A stretch of 64,000 nt of DNA. Source: Mobula hypostoma (taxonomy: Eukaryota). Below are positions 12,014 to 25,719 of the stretch, piece by piece. Within the stretch, counting starts at the first letter, position 1. The number at the start of each line of letters is the position of its first letter. The notes under the pieces are model-generated. The model had not been told where the DNA came from and made no database searches. It saw only the letters and a program-made list of their open reading frames with translations. Made by a program: the position numbers and the translations under genes. Where the stretch lies: contig NC_086108.1 in NCBI RefSeq assembly GCF_963921235.1, positions 76,510,001 to 76,574,000 on the forward strand. Direction: 5' to 3'.

Positions 12014-14011
12014 AATTTTTTGGGCCTTGACTGATAGAATTAAACTCAGGAGAAAGAATGTAAATCTTTTTTCATCAACTCCATTTACAGCAGGGTTTCA
12101 CTCCTGTGGATTGTTCATTATCTGACTGCAAACTGGATTCTGTTTATTTCAGCGCTATGCAGTTGAAAGTGCACTTTTCCCAGAGTGAAATGTGATAACG
12201 ACCACGTTATTTTGTGTTAGTGCAGACATGTGACACAACTTGCTCTGCCGTATTTTAGACCTCATTTTTCCCACTGAATAAAGACTTAATTAAGGGGTGG
12301 AATTCATTCCTCATTCATCGTTATCAGCAAACCCTGGGTTGACACCAAGGATCGAAAGCCGAAGGTCGATCAGAAGATACCCTCACCCCCTCAGCAGCTA
12401 CAAATCCAACCCGCCAGCTCCACATACACACAAACATGCTCGTATTTGTGTATGGGCAGTACACAAGTTAGGCATTCATTAACGACAGAGCACCTGTGAA
12501 TGTGCTAATCATAAAAAAACTACAAAACTTGCCTTGAATGATTAATGGTACTGAAGTTTGCCCGTTTACAATCTTTGTTCATTTAATACCCAGCCAATTC
12601 GCAAGTAATTGGTTTGCAGGATGCCTACATGCTAGCAACTCACTATTTTTCGGTGCCTGCTCAAATATGAATTGTTCCATAGCACTACATGGCAGGAGAA
12701 ATAATAGATATTCTGTGTTTATGATATAAGGATTGAAAGAGTACTCCAGTTAAAATGGCATTACAATTGTTTTTACTGAGGTTATAAAATTAGCTTGCTC
12801 ACAAACAGGATGCTCTATGTTGAATATAACTGTATATGATTTTTATTTGCCCAGAAATATTTCTACACTGGCATTAATTTGTTAGAAAATCATAAATTTT
12901 CCTTCTGGAAATAAAAAATATTGCCGAAATAAAATAAATGCTTAATTTCAGAATGACATATCTGCTCATGTTCTGGGTAGATCTTTTTTTAAATTATTAA
13001 ACAAGAGATACAACATATTTAAAGAATTAGACAAGACAGCATAATTGAAAAGAAGAATAGAACTAGAAAAACGAGACTCTGAGACTACCTTGTCTCAATC
13101 TATGAGCCTAACAATGATATTGTGATTTGATTGATGGGTGCTGAGATACATTCACTGTTGTGAACGATCAGAATGGGGTGGAAGGTCAGTCAGGCAGTAA
13201 AGTGGACTTCTATCAAAGCGTGGAGGTTCCTCAATGTGAAGTGTAAATGCTGTTAAATTCTGCCAGATTTTCCTCCCCCAAGAACAGAGCAGAAATTCAT
13301 CACTTTGAAGCCAATTAGAAATGTCATGACAGGATTTTGCGATGGCCTTAAATAAAAAAAACAGCAATAGCATTTAGTGAGAATTATAATTTAGCAAAAT
13401 GCAATTAAGTCTACCTGTTTTATAGAAATATATCTTTCCTAGTAAAGATTCAGCCATGGTATTTTTAGCATACCAAGCATTCATGATTATCAAAATAGAA
13501 AAACAAACATGTTTACATATCAGAACTGATTACTGCATCATTTGTTGAGATATTTTATATTAAGTAACTCATCCACAAAACTACTATTTAGTCGTCAATC
13601 TTAAAAAAATCATTTTCTGATTCCTAACACTACAGTCCTTGCCACAAACAAGCAAACTTAGCAGCTGGACCTAGGAGACTCATACAGGGCTGCTCACCAC
13701 TGGACTCACAAATTCCATTCTTATGTGAACACAACAGGTTATCTTTAATAGCAAATTTAGTGCTGAAAACCATCTCATGGAATTTTACAGAAATGCAGAT
13801 GAACAAAGAGGACATTAAACCATCAACATATAAAAGTAGTGAATAATAGCTTGGGCAAACAGATGGTAAGTAGACAGGTTGTAAAAGGGAAGAGGTTAAA
13901 ATTGGAGAGTTTCAAGATGGAAATCTGAAGCACACAGCATGAATAGTTTATGGCTGGGACAATGTGGGAAACAATGAGGGGTACAAAAGGATACACAAGA
14001 ACACAAATTTT

Positions 14012-14412
14012 TAGAACACACACAAGATTGCAGATGCTGGAATCTGGATCAAAAAGCAAACTACTGGAGGAACTCAGGGAGTTGAGCAACACCCTTGAAG
14101 GCAAAGAGAAGGTTGGCAAATTTTAGGGATTTAGACAGCTGGGGAGATTACAGAGCACAAGTACGGCACAGCCACAAAAGGGAATTAAAACATGAGGATG
14201 AGATGTTTTGAGAGTTAATATTAATCTCCATGGATAAAAGGAATGGGCAAGAGGGATATCCAGCCTGAAACAGGCAGCCAGTCTAAATTAAGGGATCTTA
14301 GTCTGAAAAGTCAACTGTCCAATTTCTTCCATAGATACTGTCCGACCCGTTGAGTTCCCCCAGCTTTTTGTACATTGATCCAGATTCCATCATCTGCAAT
14401 CACGTGTTTCCA
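14012..14412. mobile_element. Old Penelope-like pLTR fragments in inverted arrangement
   Basis: Minus fragment TGCAGATGCTGGAATCTGG...CTGGAGGAACTCAG (~14012-14100) and plus fragment ...TGAGTTCCCCCAGC...CATCTGCA (~14292-14412). Confidence 0.55.
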
Positions 14413-14689
14413 TCTAGCCTGAAGTTAAAAGGTACATGGGAATCAGCATTGCAAGAATGTCTGTTCCATCTCCTGCACTAATAAAGATGCCATTAAAGTG
14501 TGTTAACACAGGCACAGAAGATATACATCAGATGGAGAATAATCCAACTTTTGCTCCTCTCCTAGATTCTAAATACTAAACTTGTCTATTTGTGGCAAGG
14601 ATTGTTTTTAATAGGAATTGGAAAAATAATTGTGTACTTTGAGACAACCACTCTGAATTTAAAAGTGAGATTAGCAACTAAATATACTG

Positions 14690-15300
14690 ACTAAAGGGCC
14701 ACATGGATCAGTGCGTGGGTGTTAACTTACACAATTTAGATAAATGACTTGGATGAAGGCATTGAAGTCATGGTAGCTAAATTTGCTGAAGATGCAAAAA
14801 AAGGGAGAAAATTAAGCTCTTAAGAGCTACTGAAATGTTAGTAGAGTGGTCTAAAATTTGGCAAGTGGAATATAATGTGGGAAATGTGAAATTATTGATT
14901 TTCACAAGAAAACATGGAAAATGAATAATGGAAGGAAGCTGACGCATTCAACTGGAAATATATGGTTTTATCTGCTGGAGTTTATAAGAAAGAGAGTGGC
15001 CATGATTGAAACATACAAGGTCCTGAGGGTTTTAACAAAGTGGATATAGAAAAGACTTTATCACTTTTGGGAGAATATAAAACTAGAGGTCAAAAATAAG
15101 GGGACATTCCTTCAAGATAGATATGAAGCCAAATACTTTTTCCAGAAGGTCGTGAGTCTTTGAATATTTTTAAGACAGAGATACTGAATATGGAAAAGGA
15201 AAGGGGATAAATGGGAATGCAAACTTGAGGTGACAATCAGATCAGCCAGGATCTAATTAAAATGAATACTTCTGAGGGCCTAATAGCCTACTTCACTGCT
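14690..15300 (+). mobile_element. Highly decayed CR1 LINE RT and 3' fragment
   Basis: AATGACTTGGATGAAGG...AAATTTGCTGAAGATGCA (INDLDEG...KFADD-like), AAACTAGAGGTCA. Confidence 0.6.
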
Positions 15301-15429
15301 AACTCATAATTATATGTACACTTTAACATGACAAAACATTGTTAGCCTTACCACTATTTCTGTTGCAGAATGCACCCCATTGTAAAAGAGAAAGTCAGCA
15401 GAATAGAAGCTTACAAGATGGATGAAAGG

Positions 15430-16260
15430 TAATGAAAGACAAATTCCATTTCTATTATCACATAGAAATGAAAGGTATACCTGCTGCTTGTAATGTGCCT
15501 CACATCAATAAGCTTCCCACTGGAGTGAAGCTAATCTGCAGGACAAATGAGAAACTATTCAACCTGTGTCACCTCTACTCCAGAAGCAAGGACAACCCAA
15601 CTTCAGACATCAAGCTGCAGAATGCAGATGACACATGGATACACACAGACTCAGAGGCAGAGCTCCAAGTTATCATGATTTGTTCACTGAAGCAGATGAG
15701 TGAATGAGCCTTAGATTTTACAACATATGACGCTTTACCAACCCACCCCCTCTGTCCAATAAAGGCTCACAATGAGCCTCTGGGAAAAATAGAACTGCTT
15801 CTCATATCTCAGGACTACTTCTCAACGAATACAGACACATAATAAAATTCATCATTGCTTTCTGTGCACAAATACAGTCTTTGGTAATCTGAGGGGAAAA
15901 AAGTGTTTGAAGATCAATCCTACAAAACTAGCACCAAACTCTGTGCTTCTGAGATGTTGTCGTCCTGAAACTACACTAGAGAGGTGGTACCAATATGTTC
16001 CCTGCAAAATCCCTCAAGTCCACAGGCAGGATAAGGAATCAACGTCAGCATCTTTTCTCAGGACAACATCCAGATGCTGATCACATTCGGTCAATTGCAG
16101 CCCCAACACCAGACTTTCTAAACAAATACTCTGTACTGTCTTCCATCATACAAAGAGATTCAGGTGGACAGAAGAAACACCCGAACGCCTTCAAAGGACG
16201 TCTTCAAAGCTTTCATGAAAAGGCATAGCGCCTTCACAGACTTGTAGAAATTGTTTTGTT
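15430..16260 (+). mobile_element. Decayed RTE LINE RT remnant (continues at ~17596-17770 after a CR1 insertion)
   Basis: LPTGVKLICRTNEKLFNL...LQNADD resembles RTE GVxIxYRTDGKLFNL...LxYADD. Confidence 0.55.
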
Positions 16261-16261
16261 G

Positions 16262-17595
16262 GTCCAGGGTTGCTCAAATAGACAGGGGCTTATTAGGGAG
16301 AGTCAACATGGCTCTGTGCGTGGTAGGTCATGTTTGACCAATCTGTTGGGAGTTTTTCGAGGAGGTTACCAGGAAAGTGGATGAAGGGAAGGCAGTGGAT
16401 ATTGTCTACATGGACTTCAGTAAGGCCTTTGACAAGGTCCTGCATGGGAGGTTAGTTAGGAAAATTCAGTCGCTAGGTATACATGGAGAGGTGGTAAATT
16501 GGATTAGACATTGGCTCGATGGAAGAAGCCAGAGAGTGGTGGTAGAGAATTGCTTCTCTGAGTGGAGGCCTGTGACTAGTGGTGTGCCACAGGGATCTGT
16601 GCTGGGTCCATTGTTATTTGTCATCTATATCAATGATCTGGATGATAATATGGTAAATTGGATCAGCAAGTTTGCTGATGATACAAAGATTGGAGGTGTA
16701 GTAGACAGTGAGGAAGGTTTTCAGAGCCTGCAGAGGGACTTGGACCAGCTGGAAAAATGGGCTGAAAAATGGCAGATGGAGTTTAATACTGACAAGTGTG
16801 AGGTATTGCACGTTAGAAGGACAAACCAACGTAGAACATACAGGGTTAATTGTAAGGCACTGAGGAGTGCAGTGGAACAGAGGGATCTGGGAATACAGAT
16901 ACAAAATTCCCTAAAAGTGTCGTCACAGGTAGATAGGGTCGTAAAGAGAGCTTTTGGTACATTGGCCTTTATTAATCGAAGTATTGAGTATGAGAGCTGG
17001 AATGTTATGATGAGGTTGTATAAGGCATTGGTGAGGCCGAATCTGGAGTATTGTGTTCAGTTTTCGTCACCAAATTACAGAAAGGATATAAATAAGGTTG
17101 AAAGAGTGCAGAGAAGGTTTACAAGGATGTTGCCAGGACTTGAGAAACTCAGTTACAGAGAAAGGTTGAATAGGTTAGGACTTTATTGCCTGGAGCATAG
17201 AAGTATGAGGGGAGATTTGATAGAGGTATATAAAATTATGATGGGTATAGATAGAGTGAATGCAAGCAGGCTTTTTCCACTGAGGCAAGGGGAGAAAAAA
17301 ACCAGAGGACATGGGTTAAGGGTGAGGGGGGAAAAGTTTAAAGGGAACATTAAGGGGGGGGGCTTCTTCACACAGAGAGTGGTGGGAGTATGGAATGAGC
17401 TGCCAGACGAGGTGGTAAATGTGGGTTCTTTTTTAACATTTAAGAATAAATTGGACAGATACATGGATGGGAGGTGTATGGAGGGATATGGTCCGTGTGC
17501 AGGTCAGTGGGACTAGGCAGAAAATGGTTCGGCATAGCCAAGAAGGGCCAAAGGGCCTGTTTCTGTGCTGTAGTTTCTATGGTTCTATGGTTCTA
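16262..17595 (+). mobile_element. Young 5'-truncated CR1 (HER1-like) LINE
   Basis: Uninterrupted 379-aa ORF 16377-17516 with YMDFSKAFDKV, GVPQGSVLGP, KFADDTK, RDLG; (TTCTATGG)n tail. Confidence 0.95.
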
Positions 17596-17794
17596 AATGG
17601 AGAAGAAGCCTTCCAGCATAAATGGTAGTAGGGGTGCATCACCAATCGTACTACCCATCTGCTCACCTATGGCGAAGTCTGTGGATGCAATATTGGCCAT
17701 TTCAACCACTCAGAACTCACAAAATTGAAGTGGAAGAAAATCATCTTCAATCTGAAGGGGCTGCTTCAGAAAATATCAGAATATCAAGAGAAAA

Positions 17795-18115
17795 ATTGAA
17801 TTGTCTTTATTACTTACATCTTTCATATACATGAGGAGTAAAAATCTTTACGCTACGTCTCTGGCAAAATGTACAATATATAGTAATTTATAATAAATAG
17901 TATTATGTACAACAGGATAGTCAATATAATATAGAAATACAGTTGTGTCAGCATGAATTAAGCAGTCTGATGGCCTGGTGGAAGAAGCTGTCCCGGAGCC
18001 TGCTGGTCCTGGCTTTTATGCTACGGTACCGTTTCCCAGATGGTAGCAGCTGGAACAGTTTGTGGTTGGGGTGACTTGGGTCCCCAGTGATCCTTTGAGC
18101 CCTTTTTACACACCT
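17795..18115 (-). mobile_element. Rex1/Babar LINE 3' end
   Basis: DPSHPNHKLFQLLPSGKRYRSIKARTSRLRDSFF; nearly identical to 24147-24460. Confidence 0.85.
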
Positions 18116-20066
18116 TGCAAAATTATTGCAAAAAATAGTCTGCATGGCTTTATTAAACCTTAACTGGAATTAAAATATCACTATAGAATATTTTTCTGAA
18201 GTGTAAAATAATAGTAAGTTCCATCATAAACAAAGTGACAATTATATAAACTTATAATTATTCAAGAACATTTAATGGATGTTTTCCTGATGCTAGTTTA
18301 TCACCTTCACATTTCAGCCCAATGTCCAAACTAGTGAAACAAACCAAGTCATTTAAAACACGGGGATTTATCCAAATCCCACTTGTGCTTTATGTTTAGC
18401 AATTTTTAATACTGCTCTAAGGTTTAATTCTTTCAAATGAAATAACATCCACAAGCCATTTTCATTACCTGAAATTGAAAGATTCCACTAATTACTTTGG
18501 TAACAGTAAAATAAGTTCATAATTACCTTCATATCCAAAAATATGTAAATGATAAAAACTACACTAAATGTCACATAAAATAATATTCAGCTATTTTAAG
18601 TTGGGTTAATTAATAGTACAGGAATTACTAAAAACATTTATGGTTAGTGCTTACTTTACTTTCATCTGTACTAATAAAATTACACCATCACCATTCTTAT
18701 ATACAAAAGTAATAAAGATACATTCTGTTACGCTGCCAAATTACTTTGGCTTAAATATGTTAAGGTCGCTGTTACATATTTGGTCAGAAACGAACTGAAA
18801 CCTAACTTATGTAATTTCAAGTATCATTAGCTGAACGCGGAAAAGGTCAGCGATCGCTCCCAGCAGAGGCCGGAGGGTCACTGATCACTCCCAACGGAGG
18901 CCACAATTCAGACCAGGTGTGAGTTCTGAGTCAAGGAAGGACTGTTCGATGTTCTGAGATTTATGTGATTGTAATGTACTTCATATTGGTCTCCATTTTT
19001 TTGGCATTTACTTTCTTCTGGTCAATTGGTGGGTGGGTGATCTGTTAGTTCTTTGTGTGTGTATGGGGGGGAATCTGGGGTTTTGATGCTAAGGCCACTT
19101 TTTTTTGTGAGTGAGGGGGTCGGTGATTGTTATTGTCAATGTTTTTTTTTCTGCAGGGGGGAAGGGGTGGAAATTTATTACTATTGTCACTGTTTTTTTC
19201 CCTGCGGGGGAGAGGTTTTAGATTTGATGTTAGTGTCATTGTTTTTATCTGTGGGGGAGGGGGTGGGGTTTTTTGGGGGTTGTGAGTTTTGTTTCTTTTT
19301 CATTGTCGCAGGGGGTGGGTTTGATGCATGGTCTTTCTATATATCATGGCCATCTGGAGAAGAGAAATATCAGAGTTGTACTGTACATGCATACTTTAAC
19401 AATAAGATGAACTTTTGAACAGACTTTGCCCAGAATAAAATTCAAACTCATTTGTCATGTTGTTTAGGATTTAACTACTAGAATGATTTTTGGTAAGGAA
19501 GGACCTGCATTTTGGTTCACTGTATCGCTAGTAAACTCCCTAGGGGATAGTTCATCAGTTCTCAGACTAACCTTACTGATTATTTATCAACTTAACAACA
19601 GTCTCTAGAGGAGCAAAGATCCATTGATTCATACATATCAACTGATCAAACAGCCAAACTAAAAATCCAGCAAGATGAATCAAATATTTTATTCTAAAGA
19701 GTTATTACAGCAATTAACACGTTGCAACCAGAGATCTCTAAACCATCACTTAAGATCATTTGAATTATCTCTGCCAACACCCTATAATGTATGTCGTAGT
19801 TATGGGCAGTTTCTCACCATTCAACTTCCATTTGGAATATTTCACTTAAATGTGAAATATGGTTGACCTCCTCAACCCCAAATTAAATTAGAGAAAATAA
19901 ATATCCATAAATCAACTGAATGTAGTCACCAAATGCAATATTTGACAAGTACTAAGCTAAATGAAAATTAAAATAGTTTTAAAAATATATTTTAGTATAT
20001 ATTTTACATTAATCTGGATAAAACGCATGCAAGATTGATAAAAACACCTGGTTATTTCCTCCATAC

Positions 20067-20183
20067 CTTCGTACAAAAAGATGTCAGCTTTGGATGGACA
20101 ATTGGTTGAACATATGTATGAAAGGTAGATTCAATTTCCAGTGTCCTGCCATGTAACTTGAGGATTGGGAATTCAATAATTTC
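20067..20183 (-). CDS. ERI3: ERI3 internal exon, 117 bp
   Basis: EIIEFPILKLHGRTLEIESTFHTYVQPIVHPKLTSFCTK; acceptor CCACTCCAG, donor GTATGG; phase 0/0. Confidence 0.97.
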
Positions 20184-20884
20184 CTGGAGTGGAGAAGGAA
20201 AGAAGTGATATGTAAATAGATGACTTTCTTCTCTCACAATCGTACAAAAATAACATTTTTATTAGTGTTATGTACATAGGTCTACTACCATGATAATTAT
20301 GATTATTCTACTATGAAGAAATCATGTTTAACTTTTTTTACATTCTTTAGAATATTGCAAAGCATTTGGTTAAGACGTGAGAGGCTCTGATAAAGCTGCA
20401 GTATTGCTGGTAATTCTCCAGTTCATAAGGTTCCAGCAATGCACAGAAAATTAAAAATCTCCAAGAGTGGGAACTTAATGATTAAAGATTAAAAATTTGT
20501 ATTATTTGACATACGTACATTGAATTATCGAAACACACAGTGAAACACACATTTGCATCAACGAGCAAGCTAGACTGAGGATGTGCTGCTGGAAGCCCAA
20601 AGTGTTGCCATGTTTCCAGTGACAACATAGCATGTCCACAACTTATATTAAGCTATATGTTTTTGGAATGTGAGAGGACCACGGAGAACCCAGAGGAAAC
20701 CCTGTCGCAGGGAGAATATACAAACTCCTTCCAGAAAGCAATAGAAATTGATTCCCACACTACCATGCCATTATTAACTCAATAAAAGATTTTTAAAAAG
20801 GAAACAGCAATAATGAGGTAAATCTCGCAATAGTTTACACCCTAGAGTACCATATGGCTGAGGAAAGGGTAACAATCATGATTT

Positions 20885-22028
20885 CTGATATAATTTAATA
20901 CCATCATCCCCTGAAAACTAATCAGTAAACTCCAAAACCTGGGCCTCAATACCCCCTTGTACAATTGGATCCCAGATTTCTTCACTTGCAGACTCCAGCC
21001 AGTTCGGATTGGCAAAAGCATTTCCCTTACAATCTCCAGCAGCACAAGTGCACCACAAGGCTGTGTACTTAGCCCCCTGCACTTCTCACTTTACACCTAT
21101 GACTGTGTGGCTAAGTACACCTCCAACACCATATTTAAGTTTGCCGATAATACCACTGTTGTGAGCTGTATCAAAAGTGGTGATATATCAGCATTCAGGA
21201 ATGAGATTAAACATTTGGCTGCGTGGTGTCATAACAACAACCTCTAATTCAATGTCAGCAAGGCCAAAGAAAAAATTGTAGATTTCAGGAAAGGGAAGCC
21301 AGAGATCCATGAGCCAGTCTTCATCAGAGAATCAGAGGTGCAGAGGATCAGTAACTTTAAATCCCTGGGTGTCTCTCTCTCAGGGGACTTGTCATGGACC
21401 TATCATATAAACGTAATTGCAAAGAAAGCATGACAGCACCTCTACTTCCTTAGAAATCTGCAGAGATTCTGCATGATATCAAAAACTTTAACAAACTTCT
21501 GTAAATGTGTAGTGGGAAGTGTATTGACTGGCTACATAACTGCCTGGTAAGAGAACATCAATGCCTTTGAATAGAAATCTTATTAAAGGTAATGGACTCA
21601 GCCCAGTACATTACAGGTAAAGCCCTCCCAAACATTGAGCACATCTACATGAAACGCTAATGTAGGGAAGCAGCATCTATCATCAGTGTCTCTCACCACC
21701 TAGGACATACTCTCTTCTCACTGTTACCATCAGGAAGAAGGTACAAGAGTCTCAGGACTCACAACACCAGGTTCAGGAACAGTTACTACCCCTCAATCAT
21801 CAAGCTGTTGAACAGAGGATAACTACACTCATCAATTGAGATGTTCCCACAACCAATGATCTCACTATAAGGACTCCTGATCTTGTTATTTGATGCTCTC
21901 GTTATTTATTGCTACTTATTTATACTTGCATCTTCACAGTATGCTGTCTTCTACCTGATCTTTCATTGATCCTGTTTATAGTTAATATTCTATAGATTTG
22001 CTGAGTATCTTCGCAAGGAAAGGAATCT
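20885..22028 (+). mobile_element. Rex1/Babar LINE, decayed 3' half
   Basis: [42 protein letters not shown]-like tail. Confidence 0.88.
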
Positions 22029-24146
22029 CAGAGGGAGGTACAGAGGCCCAGGTTCTGCAACATCTCAATCAGGATTGTGGGAATAATGGTATTAAATGCT
22101 GAGCTATAGTCGATGAACAGCATCCTGACATAGGTGTTTGTGTTGTCCAGATGGTCTAAAGGCGTGTGAAAAGCCATTGAGATTGCATCTGCCGTTGACC
22201 TATTGTGGCAATAGGCAAATTGCAATGAGTCCAGGTCCTTGCTAAGGCAGAAGTTCAGTCTAGACATGACCAACTTTTCAAAGCATTTCATCACTGTCGA
22301 TGTGAGTGCTACCGGGCGATAGACATTAAGTCACCTCACATTATGCTTGAGATTATGAGACCATGGATTTGCGCCTTGGAAGGTTTCCAGGGCGCAGGCC
22401 TGGGCAAAGTTACCCATGCTGCAAGTCTCCCCTCTCCATGCCACCTATGTTGTCCAAGGAAAGGGCATTAGGACCCATACAGCTTGGCACCAGTGTCGTC
22501 GCAGAGCAATGTGTGGTTAACTGCCTTGCTCAAGGACGTAACACACCGCCTCAGCCAAGGCTCGAACTAGCGACCTTCCGATCACTAGACGAACGCCTTA
22601 ACCACTTGGCCACGCGCCATTCTTCTTAGGTACTGGTATAATGGTTGCCTTTTTGAAGTGGGAATTTTCGCCCATTGCAGTGACAGGATAAAAATGTCCT
22701 TGAATATTCCCGCTAGTTGGTTGGCAAAGGTTTTCAGAGCCTTACCAGATACTCCATCTGGACCTTCCACCTTGCAAGGGTTCACTCTCTTTAAAGACAG
22801 CCCAATATTGGCCTCTGAGACAGAGGTCACAGGATCATCAGGTGCAGCAGGGATCTTCACAGTTGTTGTTGTGTTCTCCCTTTCAAAGTAGCATAGAAGG
22901 CGTTGAGTTCATCTGGTAGTGAAGCATCGCTGCCATTCATGCTATTGGGTTTCGCAATTGGGTTACATTAGGAAGTAATGTCTTGCAGACCCTGCCAGAG
23001 TTGCCGTGCAACCGATCTCGCCTCCAACCTCATTCGAAAATTGTCTCTTTGCCCTTGAAACAGCCCCCCCGCAAATCATACCTGGTTTTCTGGTACAGGC
23101 CTGGGTCGCCAGACTTGAATGCCACAGATCTAGCCTCAGCAGACGACGTACCTCTTGGTTCATCTATGGCTTTTGGTTTGGGGAGGTACAGTAAAGTCTT
23201 TCTGGGCACACACTCATCCACACAGGTTTTAATGAAGTCGGTAACAACTGCAGCATACTCATCCAGGTTTGAAGATGAATCCTTGAATACAGTCCAGTCC
23301 ACCGATTCAAAGCAGTCCTGTAGACACTCCTGTGCTTCCCTTGTCCATACCTTCTTGGTCCTCACTACTTGGTGCTGCAGTCTTCAGTCTCCGCCTGTAC
23401 TCAGGGAGTAGAAGTACAGCCAGGTGATCAGACTTCCCGAAGTGAGGGGGTGGAGTAGCATGGTAGGCATTCTTGATGGTAGTGTAGCAATAGTCCAGTG
23501 TGTTGTTTCCTCTGGTATTGCAAGTGATCTGTTGATGGTAATTGCTTAGTGATTTTTCAGACTGGCCTGGTTAAAATCACCCAAAATGATGGTGAAGGTG
23601 TTAGGGTGTGCTGTTCGTACATGTTGATCCCATTGCTCAGATCATCTAAAGCCTGATTGACATTGGCCTGAGATGAAATGTACACTGCTACCAAAATGAC
23701 CCCGGAAAACTCCCGTGGTAGGTAAAAAGGTCAGCACTTAACTGCTAGATATTCCAGGTCTGCTGAGCAGAATTGGGACAGTACTGTTATATTTGTGCAT
23801 CAAGAAGAGTTGATCATGGGGCATACTCTTCATCCTCTGCTTTTGAGACTCTATAGATCCATCCCGACGGTGTGTAGTAAACCCGTCGATCTGAATGGCT
23901 GCATCTGGTATGGAAGGGGTTAACCAGGATTCCATGAAGCAAATGACACACGTGGTCCTAATGTGCCTCTGATTCAGCACCCTAGCTCCGAGATCATCGA
24001 TTTTATTCACCAGAGACGGCACATTTGCCAGCAAGATAGTCGGTACAGGGAGTTCAAAACCCTGTTTCCTTAAACGCACTTGTAACCCTGCTCTGCACCC
24101 ACACTTCCTCTATGGTATCCTACGTGGATACCGTGGAGGAAGCCTG
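22029..24146 (-). mobile_element. Rex1/Babar LINE 5' half (APE endonuclease and RT N-terminus), interrupted by a SINE
   Basis: [39 protein letters not shown]...LQFAY...STADAI...[12 protein letters not shown]. Confidence 0.88.
22345..22618 (-). mobile_element. tRNA-Thr-like SINE, copy 1
   Basis: Head GGCGCGTGGCCAAGTGGTTAAGGCG...CTAGTGA...AGTTCGAGCC (A and B boxes), body CCTTGAGCAAGGCA; four copies in the window. Confidence 0.85.
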
Positions 24147-24930
24147 GAATTGACTTTATTACTTACATCCTTCATATACATGAGGAGTAAAAATCTTTAC
24201 ATCTCCGTCTAAATGTGCAATATGCAATTTATGGTAATTTATAATAAATAGTATGTACAACAGGACAGTCAATATAACACAGAAATACAGTTGTGTCAGC
24301 ACGAATTAAGCAGTCTGAAGCCCTGGTGGAAGAAGCTGTCCCTGAACCTGTTGGTCCTGGCTTTTATGCTGCGGTACCGTTTCCCAGATGGTAGCAGCTG
24401 GAACAGTTTGTGGTTGGGGTGACTTAGGTCCCCAATGATCCTTCAGGCCCTTTTAACATACCTATCTTTGTAAATGTCCTGAATAGTGGGAAGTTCACAT
24501 CTACAGATGCACTGGGCTGTCCACACCACTCTCTGCAGAGACCTATGATTGAGGGAAGTACAGTTCCCATACCAGGCAGTGGTGCAGCCAATCTGGATGC
24601 TCTCAGTTGTGCCCCTATAGAAAGTTCTTAGGATTTGAGGGCCCATATCAAACTTCTTCAACCATCTGAGGTGAAAGAAGCGCTGTTATGCCTTTTTCAC
24701 CACACAGCCAGTATGTACTGACCATGCAAGATCCTCGGTGATGTTTATGCCAAGGAACTTAAAACTGTTCACCCTCTCAACCCCTGATCCATTGATGTCA
24801 ATAGGGGCTAGCCTGTCTCCATTCCTCCTGTAGTCCACAACCAGCTCCTTTGTTTTTGCAACATTGAGAGAGAAATTGTTTTCTTGGCACCACTGTGTCA
24901 GGGTAATGACTTCTCTCTGCAGGCTGCCTC
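24147..24930 (-). mobile_element. Rex1/Babar LINE 3' portion
   Basis: KKFDMGPQILRTFYRGTTES...TAWYGNC...LQRVVWTAQ; tail shared with 17795-18115. Confidence 0.85.
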
Positions 24931-25719
24931 ATGTTTGGGAGGTTGGCTAACGAGAGACTGGAGACAGGAATAACTAAATGAATCAGACAAAATTGGTGAT
25001 CTAATTGTCCCCTTGTGTGGGCTCAACAAGTAAGTAGAGAGAAGAAAATAGCAATTAGGAAAGGCCAGGGTGTAGAAAGAGAGTGTGTTGTAGCAATTGG
25101 GATTAGAGGAGGGTCAAAACCTAACAGAAGAGCTCACAGAAATGAAGTAGGAATGGCTGGCATTATCCCATCATGTCATCAATGTATTTTCTCTGTCTTT
25201 TCATTCATGGGAGGTAGTTTTTCATTTGTGGGAACATACAGGGTTGCAGATGTGCTTTAAAGGCCAAACTTCTAGTGGTAAGTTGTGGAATCTGATTGTC
25301 CCCCATACTCTGATATACCTCTTCCCAGATCTTGTTTCCTTCAACTTCTCACTCCTGTAGTCTATCCATTCACTTTCCTTTACCTCTTTGTTTTCTTTAC
25401 GCAGCGAAGGTTAAGTGCACGAAATGCACTACCTAGGTATGATAGAGGCAAATACTTCAGGGACATTTAAGAGACATGGATGAAAAAAAGACTGGAGTGA
25501 AGTGTTAGATTGATCTTGGAGTTGTTTAAAGGTCAGCACAACATCATGGGCAGAAGAGCCTGTACTGTTCTATGTTCATCATGCTCTCATTCTCTGTAAT
25601 GACGATACGTATGCAACTTTCCCCATTTGCCTTTGAATTAATCCATTACGTAGATTAATTTTGTTGCACATGTAATTGTACAAGCAGCATATTTTTTTCA
25701 GTTGTAAAGAGGGAATAAA

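Noticed and set aside
16377..17516. 379-aa ORF as a host gene
   Set aside because: 5'-truncated CR1 ORF2 with a typical microsatellite tail.
19053..19418. Cys/Phe/Gly-rich 121-aa ORF
   Set aside because: Low-complexity G/T-rich sequence resembling a LINE 3' UTR; no recognisable domain.
22560..22618. tRNA gene
   Set aside because: It is a SINE head: the acceptor stem is incomplete and it continues into a repeated body present four times.
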